A stretch of DNA of 32,764 nt from Octopus bimaculoides (Eukaryota): positions 8,142,233 to 8,174,996 of the forward strand of contig NC_068998.1 of the NCBI RefSeq assembly GCF_001194135.2, given 5' to 3'. Below, piece after piece: positions 1 through 12,546 of the stretch. The notes beneath the pieces were generated by a model. That model searched no databases, was not told the DNA's origin, and saw only the letters and a list, made by a program, of their open reading frames with translations. The position numbers and the translations under genes are program-made. Every line of letters begins with the position of its first letter. The first letter of the stretch is position 1.

Positions 1-1463
1 ATATATAAATATATATACGCACACACATTCAGAGATTCTTCGCGTTTTACTTTCTTATTTTGTTTCCATCTTCCTCGTAGTCTTCTTATTTGGTTTCCGT
101 CTCCCTCTTTCTCTTCTCTATTTCCTCCTATATTTGCTTCTCACCTTTTATTTACCTCTATTCTTCTATTTATCTCCATCAACTGCTTCCCTCTCCCCCT
201 CCATGTTTATATACTCACTTTGGCGCACGCACAGCCGCGTGCAAACACACACACATACACACACACAGATATATCTAAGCATTTAGAGGGCGGGAGAGAG
301 AGAGAATGGAAAATACAAAGATAGACACATAACCACGTACAGAGGCGCATATGTAGTTTTTTCTGTATTTATTGATCTGTTTGTGTATCGACGTTTCTGT
401 TATTATTAATGTATCTCTTCGTGTTTTTGCGTTCCTTTATGATTTTGCTGGCGCCAGACATGTTATGCAATGTTGTCGGTCTACAATATTTTTTTTTGTA
501 TACCAGATCTCAACTGTCAATTTCTATAATATGATGGGCTTATTTTTTAATTAATTATTGTTTTTAAATTTCTTTTTTTCTTTATATGCGATGTTTTCCA
601 AAAAAATTTTAGTGCTTTTATTTCTATTGTTAAAATTTTTAAATACAACAAAAAATTATTCATAAGTGATATAAAATATACAATGAACCAAAAACTAAAA
701 GATTCTATTGTTTTTTATGAAATGTCTCTTTTATAATCTTTTTATTTCTTTTATTTTCAACGTTAGATATTTCTCATGCTGAGATTCTTTTCACTCTTAT
801 TATCATGGTTACATTCATTATTACTTTTGTTGGTTTTGGTGAGGATGGTTTTGTTGCTGTATTAAGCAAGCAAAGCAAATATTTATGAGTGCATAACTCA
901 TTAACTTCAATGAAATGAGACAATAAAATACTGACATGAAAACTCAAACTACGCCCACGTAGAAAAATATTCGAAAGCGAGAGACAAAGAAACAGAGAGA
1001 GGATTTGTAACAAAAAGCATTATGGAAACATATTTAGATCTGGTAAATTTCTTTATCTTAATTATCGATAAATACAATTATTTTGTTATGCTAATTTTTC
1101 TTCATTTACTTGCCGGTTTATTTTCTGTTTACATGGACCCTTCTATTCTTTAATAGTTTTAAAATAAAGCATTTGAAGAAAATATTTCTGAATGAGTTGA
1201 AAAAAAAAAGGGAAAAAGCAGAAAGTTCTATAAATGAATTACAATAATACTGAATTTAAACGGTATTGAATACAAGAAGCAAACGGAAATAATAATCGAT
1301 TCGGTACCGGATAACCAGCTTGTTGTTTGTGCCTAATTATCGTTACTACATCAGACCTGGAGCCAAGGCAATTAGGTTTTAGAGCCCACTACAAATAAAC
1401 AAAATCATTTATGTTAAGTCGCTTGCTTTGCAATCAGGTAATTTTGGGTTCAATTTCATTACG

Positions 1464-1467
<4 letters not shown>

Positions 1468-1498
<31 letters not shown>

Positions 1499-2015
1499 TA
1501 GTGAGATACATACATATGTATATGTATATGTATGTACATATACATATGCGTATATGTTTCTATGTATATATATACATATATGTTTATATATATATATATG
1601 TTATAATTTTCAACAAACAGTAAGTTGTCATTATAGAACTCGGAGTTTCAAATGTCGGAGCGAAGTGCTACGCTATATTCACGTCGGCTATTAACGGCAA
1701 CAGATGCTATGAAAGACCGTTGAATAAAAAGGGAAGTTACTGTAATAGGTAGAAAAAGAAAAACAGAAAAATGCAAAAATACACGCAACCATATTCTCAC
1801 AATACATAGACATAAACCTCCTGCGTTCGTAACGTCTACATACGTACGCGCTCACACAAACGATGAATGCGTACATGCACATACACAAAGAAACATATAT
1901 GTGCAGGTACGTACGCATACATATACACATATCCACACACACACGCACATATATATTTGCACACACACTTACATACACAGACACACACACACACACAGAC
2001 ACACACACAGACACA

Positions 2016-2061
<46 letters not shown>
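1468..2061. repeat. Microsatellite blocks: (AT)n/(TATG)n at 1468-1600 and CA-rich repeat at 1878-2061 running into a gap
   Basis: Read directly from the sequence. Confidence 0.95.
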
Positions 2062-3674
2062 NNNNNNNNNNNNNNNNNNNNNNNNNNNNNNNNNNNNNNN
2101 NNNNNNNNNNNNNNNNNNNNNNNNNNNNNNNNNNNNNNNNNNNNNNNNNNNNNNNNNNNNNNNNNNNNNNNNNNNNNNNNNNNNNNNNNNNNNNNNNNNN
2201 NNNNNNNNNNNNNNNNNNNNNNNNNNNNNNNNNNNNNNNNNNNNNNNNNNNNNNNNNNNNNNNNNNNNNNNNNNNNNNNNNNNNNNNNNNNNNNNNNNNN
2301 NNNNNNNNNNNNNNNNNNNNNNNNNNNNNNNNNNNNNNNNNNNNNNNNNNNNNNNNNNNNNNNNNNNNNNNNNNNNNNNNNNNNNNNNNNNNNNNNNNNN
2401 NNNNNNNNNNNNNNNNNNNNNNNNNNNNNNNNNNNNNNNNNNNNNNNNNNNNNNNNNNNNNNNNNNNNNNNNNNNNNNNNNNNNNNNNNNNNNNNNNNNN
2501 NNNNNNNNNNNNNNNNNNNNNNNNNNNNNNNNNNNNNNNNNNNNNNNNNNNNNNNNNNNNNNNNNNNNNNNNNNNNNNNNNNNNNNNNNNNNNNNNNNNN
2601 NNNNTATTTGTACCTCTTATGTTTATGTAGACGAAAAAGTGGGAAGGGGAATATCACTCTGGCTTATTTTTACTTCGACGTTATATGTTTATATATCGGA
2701 AGAACTTAGCGTGGTCATATGTTACGCACTTTGATCTCTTGTAACATTGTGTAGTTCTAACAACACACTTAATTGCTTATCAGTGACAATACCCGCCAGC
2801 TATATTCCGTTCTAAGAGTCAACCGTTTCTCGTTAAAAGCTAAGTGAATAAGAGCAACGATGTTCTCTGTGTGGGTGTATATATATATATATGCGTGTGT
2901 GTGTGTGTGAGAGAGAGTGTGTGTGGTGTGTGTGTGTTGCATGTATGTATGTATTGGATGTATACAGCAAAGTAAAATTTACTGTGTCAATTCGTAGCAG
3001 CTGTTTTTAGATAAGTATAAGCGAGTAGGCTAATAGATTGCATTGGATCTTTACATTTTCCATTGTCAGTATAAGCTAAAGCTACATAGTTAAGAAATCT
3101 GTACTTTTATTATGAATATAATTAAAGTAATCCAGTGATTTTGTATTTCACCAGTTGAGCAATTTTATCCCAATTTACTTAGATTACATCACAGATTAAT
3201 ACAAACATGTAGATGCGATCACTCACCCTCTCACACACAAACACTAACGCTCTTAGACACAGGCATACATACAGAAACACACACATATACGTACATAAAT
3301 CCACACACACAAACACACAAACTCACTGGCACGTACATTAGCTGAGAATTTAGGTTTCGCCGGACATTAATTATACAAATATTTATAGTTTAGAAACATT
3401 TTGACCTACTTTATCAATTGAGCTAACCCACCACAGTAAGTGCTGTCTTCTTTCTAAACTTGCTTGTATATCTATGAACGTGTGTATGTTTATAGACATG
3501 TATGTATATAGGCAAAAATAAAGTAACAAACGGACAAGCAGCTGGTTTCAAGTCAAATTATGACATTTTTATATCTATGATTCGATATAAATTTAGCGTG
3601 GAAATAAGTGTTACATGAACTTAAATAACAGACAAGATGAGAATTAAGATGGGTTGGATTCCAACTGTAGATGT

Positions 3675-3745
3675 ATGCATATATGTGTGTGTGCGGGTGT
3701 GTGTGTCTGTATGTATATGTGTGTGTGTGTATCTGTGTATGTATC

Positions 3746-3782
<37 letters not shown>

Positions 3783-4571
3783 NNNNNNNNNNNNNNNNNN
3801 NNNNNNNNNNNNNNNNNNNNNNNNNNNNNNNNNNNNNNNNNNNNNNNNNNNNNNNNNNNNNNNNNNNNNNNNNNNNNNNNNNNNNNNNNNNNNNNNNNNN
3901 NNNNNNNNNNNNNNNNNNNNNNNNNNNNNNNNNNNNNNNNNNNNNNNNNNNNNNNNNNNNNNNNNNNNNNNNNNNNNNNNNNNNNNNNNNNNNNNNNNNN
4001 NNNNNNNNNNNNNNNNNNNNNNNNNNNNNNNNNNNNNNNNNNNNNNNNNNNNNNNNNNNNNNNNNNNNNNNNNNNNNNNNNNNNNNNNNNNNNNNNNNNN
4101 NNNNNNNNNNNNNNNNNNNNNNNNNNNNNNNNNNNNNNNNNNNNNNNNNNNNNNNNNNNNNNNNNNNNNNNNNNNNNNNNNNNNNNNNNNNNNNNNNNNN
4201 NNNNNNNNNNNNNNNNNNNNNNNNNNNNNNNNNNNNNNNNNNNNNNNNNNNNNNNNNNNNNNNNNNNNNNNNNNNNNNNNNNNNNNNNNNNNNNNNNNNN
4301 NNNNNNNNNNNNNNNNNNNNNNNNNNNNNNNNNNNNNNNNNNNNNNNNNNNNNNNNNNNNNNNNNNNNNNNNNNNNNNNNNNNNNNNNNNNNNNNNNNNN
4401 NNNNNNNNNNNNNNNNNNNNNNNNNNNNNNNNNNNNNNNNNNNNNNNNNNNNNNNNNNNNNNNNNNNNNNNNNNNNNNNNNNNNNNNNNNNNNNNNNNNN
4501 NNNNNNNNNNNNNNNNNNNNNNNNNNNNNNNNNNNNNNNNNNNNNNNNNNNNATATATATATATATATATA
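3675..4571. repeat. (TG)n/(TA)n microsatellite spanning gap 3783-4552
   Basis: TA repeats on both sides of a 770-N gap. Confidence 0.95.
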
Positions 4572-4792
4572 CTCATTACATATCAATATTTACGTACATA
4601 TTCATCTATATGTGAGTAGGGAGTCGAATATATTTCCTCTGAAAAGCGATCAACAAACCCTGAAACTGTCCGTCAGGAGAGTTTCATCCTTTGTCCGCAC
4701 ATCAAAAGCATACAAAGAATGTACTTACATTTCTATTGTGCTCCCTTTCTAATATTCACATTTATTATAGACGGGATTTTCGTTGCATTTTG

Positions 4793-4862
4793 CGTAAAAA
4801 AGTCACGAAATGCCGTTAAGTATTTCGCCCGGTGAGCTACCCATTCGGCCAACTTGCCTCCT
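4793..4862 (-). mobile_element. SINE family A, 5' (tRNA-like head) fragment
   Basis: cacgaaatgccgttaagtatttcgcccggtgagctacccattcggccaacttgcctcc aligns to the heads of the copies at 21016-21196, 24991-25185 and 28412-28626. Confidence 0.7.
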
Positions 4863-5859
4863 TACTGTTTTTCAATAGTTTGTGCATTTGCGTGTGTGTG
4901 TATTTTTGTGTACGTGTGTGTGTGTATTTGTGCATGTATGTGGGTGTATGTGTACGTGTGCGAATATAGCTACGCATATGGTTTTTTACATGCATACAGC
5001 CACACGCACGAACTGACAGGCTCGGTAACACTGGCAGTTTTGGATGGTAGGTTTCCTGTTGGAATGTGATTCGTAATCGCATTTTACAACGGATGACGGC
5101 TGACGGAGGTAGTTGTCAACGTCTGCCACGTTTCGGTTTCTGTTCCCACCAGTTACACATCCTTATTATCATCTGTGCCTCGATTTTCCTCCAGTTTTTG
5201 TGGTCACTATAACAGGCTGTATTTGTCTTTCACTACCTTCGTTTAGAACCGTTTTCTCTTTACGGCACAGTCTTTCAAAGATTCTAAATTTGTAGCGATG
5301 CAAACGTTATGAGAAATTGAATTAGTTGAAAATATGATGATAAATATTATGTAAATAATTTTGTATGTTAATGCATAGATATTTATAACATATTCACAAG
5401 AAAATATAGAGATATTTTATGTTCAATACTGTTAATTTAAACATAGTTATAAATGAATGAACATGGATTTTTAGATATTTGTAGGTCGATATCTTATGAT
5501 TTAAACATATTATATTTTAGAATTGCTTTGATTATAGTCTGTTATGTGAACGAATAAAGAATTTAGTATTAACATTTGCAGAATTTCAAATTCAAATTTT
5601 GCGATGCAATGATAAAGGTAAAGCTTTTATTAGCTGGCTTTATCAAAAGTCCATTAGCAAAATAAATGTTAATTCTTTGCCGATAAATCGGGAATTTTAA
5701 GCTGGTTAATAACCAAAGATATTTCTGTAAGAGCTTGAACTCTACATTTTTGCCTTTGACTTACATTGATTTGCATATCTTGTATTGAGTTCTGCATTGA
5801 TGTCAGTTCTTATCAATCACTATATTCCGGATACATATAAACAGTCAACGACATACGTA

Positions 5860-5937
5860 CAAACTCACGCATATTTGTACAGATACATACATGTATACAT
5901 GCATACATACATGCATACAAGTGTGTGTCTGTGAGTG

Positions 5938-5979
<42 letters not shown>

Positions 5980-6008
5980 AGTGTGCGCGCCTGTTCGTGT
6001 CTGTGAGG

Positions 6009-6041
<33 letters not shown>

Positions 6042-6255
6042 TATATACATACATATATACAGATATATATATAAATATATATATNNNNNNNNNNNNNNNN
6101 NNNNNNNNNNNNNNNNNNNNNNNNNNNNNNNNNNNNNNNNNNNNNNNNNNNNNNNNNNNNNNNNNNNNNNNNNNNNNNNNNNNNNNNNNNNNNNTATATA
6201 TATATACACATACTTATGCATATGAATGTTTGTGTGTGCCTTTGTATGTGTGTGT

Positions 6256-6302
<47 letters not shown>

Positions 6303-6335
6303 CTTCTATGTGTGACTGTGTGTCTGTGTATGTAC
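5860..6335. repeat. Compound (CATA)/(TA)/(TG)/(CT)/(GT) microsatellite around gap 6085-6194
   Basis: Read directly from the sequence. Confidence 0.95.
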
Positions 6336-6821
6336 AGAGATACAGAAAAACAGACGGAGAATAGAGAAATGGGTAATTATGCACTTTGACGTTATGAATC
6401 AAACTAGAAACGAAGATACAAAGGCGTTTCACGGCGAGTTGTACTTGAAGGAAATAACTTTGGAGCTAACATTTGCGAAGCAGAAGATAAGAATCCCACA
6501 AGTCATGAACTTTTCCCGTATCTCATAACGGGATATATTATGTAAGCTCTGTTACGAAGGTGACATAATTGACGTAGACAACTGAGTTCGTGATAACGTA
6601 ATGAAAAAGGTATATAACGCAAATGAAAGATTATGAAGGAACTTCCTATGCGATGGAACATCGCTACTGACAACAAAATCGTTCTTTTCCTTTTCCTAAA
6701 ATGCAAACGTTTCGATTCTCGTGTTCGCATGTTATATGATATCAAGATACAGGCCATAGCGGAGTAGATCTACAGACAGCTGTCAGTAGGTACCGAATGA
6801 GTAATATTATAACTTATGAGT

Positions 6822-6865
6822 AATAGTGGTTTCAATTTTTTTCACAAGGCCAGCAATTTTTCGGG
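6822..6865 (-). mobile_element. SINE family A, 3' tail fragment
   Basis: The reverse complement cccgaaaaattgctggccttgtgaaaaaaaattgaaacc matches the tail of the 7181-7368 copy (ccgaaactgctagccatgtgccgaaacttgagagc). Confidence 0.6.
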
Positions 6866-6883
6866 CATGTGCCAAGATTTTGG

Positions 6884-6988
6884 CTTCCGAGTCAATGAAA
6901 TAATTACTAGCAGAGCACTGGGTTCGATGTCATCAACTAGCCCCCATCTCCCAAAATTTCAGGCATTGCATCTACAGTGGATATTAGT
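6884..6988 (+). mobile_element. SINE family A, 3' half
   Basis: cttccgagtcaatgaaataattactagcagagcactgggttcgatgtcatcaactagcccccatctcccaaaatttcaggcattg is a diverged match to the reverse complement of the copies at 26042-26161 and 28210-28626. Confidence 0.7.
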
Positions 6989-7180
6989 TTTCATTGGCGT
7001 TCCTTTTGGATAGTCACGTTCTCGTTCCTGTTATTCCTTGCCAGGTAAGATATATCTGCAGGGACTTCTATATTTTTCATCATTGTCCCCTTCTTCTTCG
7101 GTGTTCACTTTCATTCTGACCATATTTATACAGAATGGCTGGTCCTTTCAAATGCATTTCTGCCATTAAGCGTCATATGA

Positions 7181-7368
7181 AGGCGGCGAGCTGGCAGAAT
7201 CTTTAGCATTGCGGGCAAAATGCTCTCAGTTGAAATTCTCCTGATGTCGATTTTTTCATTCACCCTTTCGGGGTGGATGGAATACGTACAAGTTGAAAAG
7301 TGGCGTTGATATAATCGTCTTACGCCTCCTCCGAAACTGCTAGCCATGTGCCGAAACTTGAGAGCAAC
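7181..7368 (+). mobile_element. SINE family A, near full length with an internal deletion of about 30 bp
   Basis: Starts aggcggcgagctggcagaat (A-box-like tggcagaat), then cagttgaaattc (degenerate B-box), the central ccctttcggggtggat and the tail cctcctccgaaactgctagccatgtgcc. Homologous to several other copies in the window. Confidence 0.85.
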
Positions 7369-8354
7369 GAAAAGACAATATTGTAAGCGGTACATTGAAA
7401 ACTCCAGATACCTTACTGTTAATACATATTGTTTTGTTTCATTCGTTTGACAGTTTCTATTTGAAGGCTTTGGTATTTCGCCGAAATCCAAAATACATTT
7501 TAAACAGCATCGGATTTTACTTTGTTTACATCTGATTTGGATAAATTTATTCAAACACTAGAGGTAATAAGGACTATTCTAACCATTACGGTTTTGCGGC
7601 AGTCTATAACTAGTTTTATCTCAATTTTTCGCACTTCATGTTTCTGCTTTTTCCTCATTTCAGCATTAGTTTTAAAACCATGAACGTAGACAAGTTTTCA
7701 TAGTTTTTTCTTTTTGTTTGTCTGTTTTTCGTCCTACAGAAAATATTTTATGACGTTTTGCAAGCTGCACAAGTGATAAATATAATGTTTGAGGGTAGTG
7801 TATTGTATATGCAGTCATTTCATCTTTTTTTTTTTTGCCTTGTCAAGCCAATTCACTCAGCGTTCACTTGAAAATATTATAACAACAATTTATTGCCGAC
7901 ACAGCTAGCTAGTGTATTGAAACGTATTATCATATTTTTATTGCGTTTACTTTTGTTCAAAGTATTAATCTAAGGCGTCTTCTTTTGTTTTGTTTTGTTT
8001 TTTGTTTTTTTGTTGTTTCGTGTTTACTTTACATTAATACATTCATACCTAAATATTTATATGTCTGTGTTTGGACTATTTCTCTTATTTCTGTTTCTTT
8101 AGCTTACATAATATCATTACACATTCACTCATTCAGCGATAGTCACAGTTATATAATTAATAATCTTCAAGGTTACCTTCATATATTTTCCTATAATTTT
8201 TAACACAAAACTAGTTTAAGCAAATACTTAGCGACGCAAGTCTTCGGTTTAGATGAACGGTGTACTTTCTGATAGGACTTTCAGTGGGAAGTGGGTGTGT
8301 GAGCGAGAGCTGCAAGCAGGTAGGTCAGCCTCATCTAAATAGTGGCAGCGAAGA

Positions 8355-8687
8355 AGCTGTCCTTAAGAGGTCAGGCAAAAAAAAGCTAACCTGGGTGAGC
8401 AGACTCACCTATCCATGATTTTCTGGCGTTTTAACACCTGGCGTAATCTCCACCACACGAAATCACAGTCTACCTCAACTTTCTCTCACTTCCTGTTTCT
8501 GTTGTACCTGTACTTCGAAGGGCCAGCTTTGTCACACTCTGCGTCACACTGAATCACCCCGAGAACTACGTTAACGTTACACGTGTATGTGGAGTGCTCA
8601 GCCACTTACTACCACGTTAATTTCACGAGCTCGGTGTTCCATTGATCAGATCAACTGGAACCCTCATCATCGTAACCAACGGAGCGC

Positions 8688-8688
<1 letters not shown>
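8355..8688 (+). mobile_element. Probable interspersed repeat (SINE or LINE 3' end), family D, ending in (CA)n
   Basis: GC-elevated block (...gtggagtgctcagccacttac...gatcagatcaactggaaccctcatcatcgtaaccaacggagcgcc) that I recall as a high-copy Octopus repeat. There is no second full copy in the window, so this rests on recall. The strand is tentative. Confidence 0.5.
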
Positions 8689-8690
<2 letters not shown>

Positions 8691-8724
<34 letters not shown>

Positions 8725-8760
8725 ACACACACACGCACGCACACACACACACACACACCT
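8691..8760. repeat. (CA)n microsatellite
   Basis: Read directly from the sequence. Confidence 0.95.
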
Positions 8761-9647
8761 ACATATGTATGCATATATACATGTATATATGTATTTATCT
8801 TAATATATTTATGCAGATATGATTACATACTAACGTACATCTTCTTTTCCGTGGGTGGTATACTTTTCCTTGTGATACTAGTTTTTCCTTGAGATATAAA
8901 ATAACCAGTGTCTAGACATACGAACTGTGACCGTTTTAAACGCAGATATCTGATTTCAGAGATGTTTATCATTACACAAAGCAATGAAAAACTTCGATGC
9001 AGAATTTTCGTTACTACATTTCGCGATAAACTGATTAAGTTTCAAAGAGATTGGCAAGTGACCAATTGGTTTAATAAACTATGTTTATTTTCACTTTAAA
9101 CTACACCAGCTGCAAGTACAAAATGTCACTATTGTATCTCATTTGACATTTTCGTGTCTCCTTAATCACACTTCTCGCTATGGCGAACGAAGTCTTTTGT
9201 CTGCTTTTCTGTAAAAGCATGGTAATATTTTTGACACTGCAGTCAATTGTTCTTTCAACATTTGAGATGTTCTTCTCATTAGCTTATAGAAATTCTATTA
9301 CATTACCATACAAAAGAAAACGAAATGTAATGTTACTAATTCCATAGATAAATTTCCTTCTTGCTGAAGAGAGCTCAATACGACAAGTTTTTGTCAATTA
9401 TTCTAATAATAATAATTTCTCCTTGATTAGCTAATCACAAGATCCTTTGCAGCAAGTACAGAAAGCATTTTGAAATAGACCTGAATTGACTAATTGCAGC
9501 GTATTATGAATGTCGTAACGAATACTTGAACTATAAATATTATAATTTAAAAGGGAACTATTGTTTAATAAAATAGCAAGTTACAACTAAGGTGATGTCG
9601 TACGGAAAGGGGGCGCTCTAACTCTTACACCCACACACGCGCCCGCA

Positions 9648-9737
9648 CCATCGCTTGACGACCGATGTTGGCGTGTTTCCGCCCCCGTATCTTAGCGGTT
9701 CTGCAAAAGAGAGTGATAGAATAAGTGCTAGGCATAC
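9648..9737 (+). mobile_element. SINE family B, 3' domain fragment
   Basis: ccatcgcttgacgaccgatgttggcgtgtttccgcccccgtatcttagcggttctgcaaaagagagtgatagaataagtgctagg aligns with 22621-22830 and with the reverse complements of 27772-28010 and 30758-30810. Confidence 0.85.
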
Positions 9738-9740
9738 GTA

Positions 9741-9758
9741 AGTGTGTGTGTGTGTGTA

Positions 9759-9790
<32 letters not shown>

Positions 9791-9968
9791 TGTGTGTGTA
9801 CGTATAGTTTATAAATCCACTATGCGTAGACTCACCCCAAAAGTACACCATCTTGTGAGAGATGAAAATGAATTTAATACACATCCGAAAGAGCTACTGG
9901 TAGTATGTGCATTAAAATTGATATATACAAACATATATAAATGTGTGTGTGTGTGTGTGTGTGTGTGT
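9741..9968. repeat. Two (GT)n tracts (9741-9800 and 9943-9968)
   Basis: Read directly from the sequence. Confidence 0.95.
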
Positions 9969-10951
9969 TTATGTATGCAATGTGAGAGGTAGAGAGACAG
10001 AACAAGAGACAGACAAACAGACAGACAGGCACAGAGACCATTGGTTTTTGATTTCTCAATAGGAAAATAATAAAATTTGAACTCAGTGGTTATTCTGAAA
10101 AGTTAAATACGTTTTGAAAATTTCTGTAGAGAAGCGCATACGATAATACATTTATGAGTTTCCGTTTTGTNNNNNNNNNNNNNNNNNNNNNNNNNNNNNN
10201 NNNNNNNNNNNNNNNNNNNNNNNNNNNNNNNNNNNNNNNNNNNNNNNNNNNNNNNNNNNNNNNNNNNNNNNNNNNNNNNNNNNNNNNNNNNNNNNNNNNN
10301 NNNNNNNNNNNNNNNNNNNNNNNNNNNNNNNNNNNNNNNNNNNNNNNNNNNNNNNNNNNNNNNNNNNNNNNNNNNNNNNNNNNNNNNNNNNNNNNNNNNN
10401 NNNNNNNNNNNNNNNNNNNNNNNNNNNNNNNNNNNNNNNNNNNNNNNNNNNNNNNNNNNNNNNNNNNNNNNNNNNNNNNNNNNNNNNNNNNNNNNNNNNN
10501 NNNNNNNNNNNNNNNNNNNNNNNNNNNNNNNNNNNNNNNNNNNNNNNNNNNNNNNNNNNNNNNNNNNNNNNNNNNNNNNNNNNNNNNNNNNNNNNNNNNN
10601 NNNNNNNNNNNNNNNNNNNNNNNNNNNNNNNNNNNNNNNNNNNNNNNNNNNNNNNNNNNNNNNNNNNNNNNNNNNNNNNNNNNNNNNNNNNNNNNNNNNN
10701 NNNNNNNNNNNNNNNNNNNNNNNNNNNNNNNNNNNNNNNNNNNNNNNNNNNNNNNNNNNNNNNNNNNNNNNNNNNNNNNNNNNNNNNNNNNNNNNNNNNN
10801 NNNNNNNNNNNNNNNNNNNNNNNNNNNNNNNNNNNNNNNNNNNNNNNNNNNNNNNNNNNNNNNNNNNNNNNNNNNNNNNNNNNNNNNNNNNNNNNNNNNN
10901 NNNNNNNNNNNNNNNNNNNNNNNNNNNNNNNNNNNNNNNNNNNNNNNNNNN

Positions 10952-11002
<51 letters not shown>

Positions 11003-11159
11003 ATATACACACACACACGCGCGGATTGTAAGATAGGTACATTGAATGTTACATGCATACATAGCCAGAAGAAATTGAAATAACAATTCACACGTACTAA
11101 TACATGTACATATGTATATATGGATAGATGGATAGATAGATAGGAGAGAGAGAGAAAGA

Positions 11160-11196
<37 letters not shown>

Positions 11197-11206
11197 NNNN
11201 NNNNNN

Positions 11207-11242
<36 letters not shown>
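10952..11242. repeat. (TA)n, (GATA)n, (GA)n and (TA)n microsatellites around gaps
   Basis: Read directly from the sequence. Confidence 0.95.
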
Positions 11243-11243
<1 letters not shown>

Positions 11244-12265
11244 GGAATTTATCTCAGAAAACATATGAGAATACTGAATCTATTAATAGACAGAGAGAAG
11301 TAGACAAGCAAATGCGTGTGTGTGTGTCTATGTGTGCGTGGTGGGAGGGGGTGCTGCTGCGCGTGTCTGTATGTAGATTGACGTAATTTGACAGAGATAC
11401 GCACAGAAAGACGAAGATTTAGATGCTAAATATTTAGATGAGAAAGACAGTAAGAACAAACACAATAAAGAGTATCAACTATAGAAATAGATTTTAATTA
11501 ATTTGGCTTTTGTATAGAAGTTTTAATTTATAAATTTTGACAAAAGAATCTCTAAACAAAACCTTCACGAAAATCCTTTGTTTGGAATTTAGCCTTTCTA
11601 TCGAAATCGATTCTAATAACCCTTGACTTTGTGGTTCCATTTCCATCAAAAGTGTATGGAATTATTTCCATATTTAGTAATGAGATTGAATTAAACAAAT
11701 TATTGAGATCCCTTTTAAGAATTTCGACATGTATTTTATTTTGGTGCTTTATCATCATCATGTCTTCATTTTCGTATTTCGTATTCTAATATTCTTAAGA
11801 CGAAGAAGGTCAAAGTCACATAGCAGTCGATCAACGATGCAAACAAATGTGTATCTGCAGGAGTTTGAGCTTCTTGCTAAATTGTTTTTAATTCTGCCCT
11901 ACTGTGCTTTTATCAATCTGAAATAATATGAGATACTATCAAAATCTTATCTCAACACTACATTTTAGTTTTATTGAAATTCAATTATTAATATAATTCA
12001 ATTCTGTTTCCAGCATATATGAAATTTCAAAAATTATAAATAATAAAACAAACAAACACACACAAAAAATAAACATAGTAAAAATACTCAGTATGCAGAG
12101 AGCAAAGTGAAACGGCAAATATTTTCTTTGTGTGGTGTGAAAATTTAAATGATACAAGATTTTAATTGATAAACTCATTTATTTCAATTTAATATTGCCA
12201 GTGTTGAGAACTATGAATGTTTATCTTTAATTTTCTTTTTTTCATTTCATTCTGTTGATCTATTT

Positions 12266-12266
<1 letters not shown>

Positions 12267-12308
<42 letters not shown>

Positions 12309-12315
12309 TTCATCG

Positions 12316-12352
<37 letters not shown>

Positions 12353-12451
12353 TGTCATCATCATTAACAGCAACATCATCGTCATCGTCATCGTCACAAT
12401 GAATATTATAATTAGTGTTGTCATTTGTATTGTCATTCTGGTTGTTGCTGC

Positions 12452-12529
<78 letters not shown>

Positions 12530-12546
12530 TTATTATTATTATTATT
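12267..12546. repeat. Imperfect (ATC)n at 12267-12396 plus (ATT)30 at 12457-12546
   Basis: Read directly; this block generates the poly-I, poly-D, poly-Y, poly-L and poly-N ORFs. Confidence 0.97.

Noticed and set aside
7036-7055. Minus-strand atatcttacctggcaagg resembling the U1 snRNA 5' end
   Set aside because: The similarity stops after about 12 nt; it is simply the complement of a plus-strand splice-donor-like CAG|GTAAGA.
7126-7554. 142-aa minus-strand ORF, the longest ORF free of gaps and microsatellites
   Set aside because: Much of it is the antisense of the SINE at 7181-7368; no recognisable domain.
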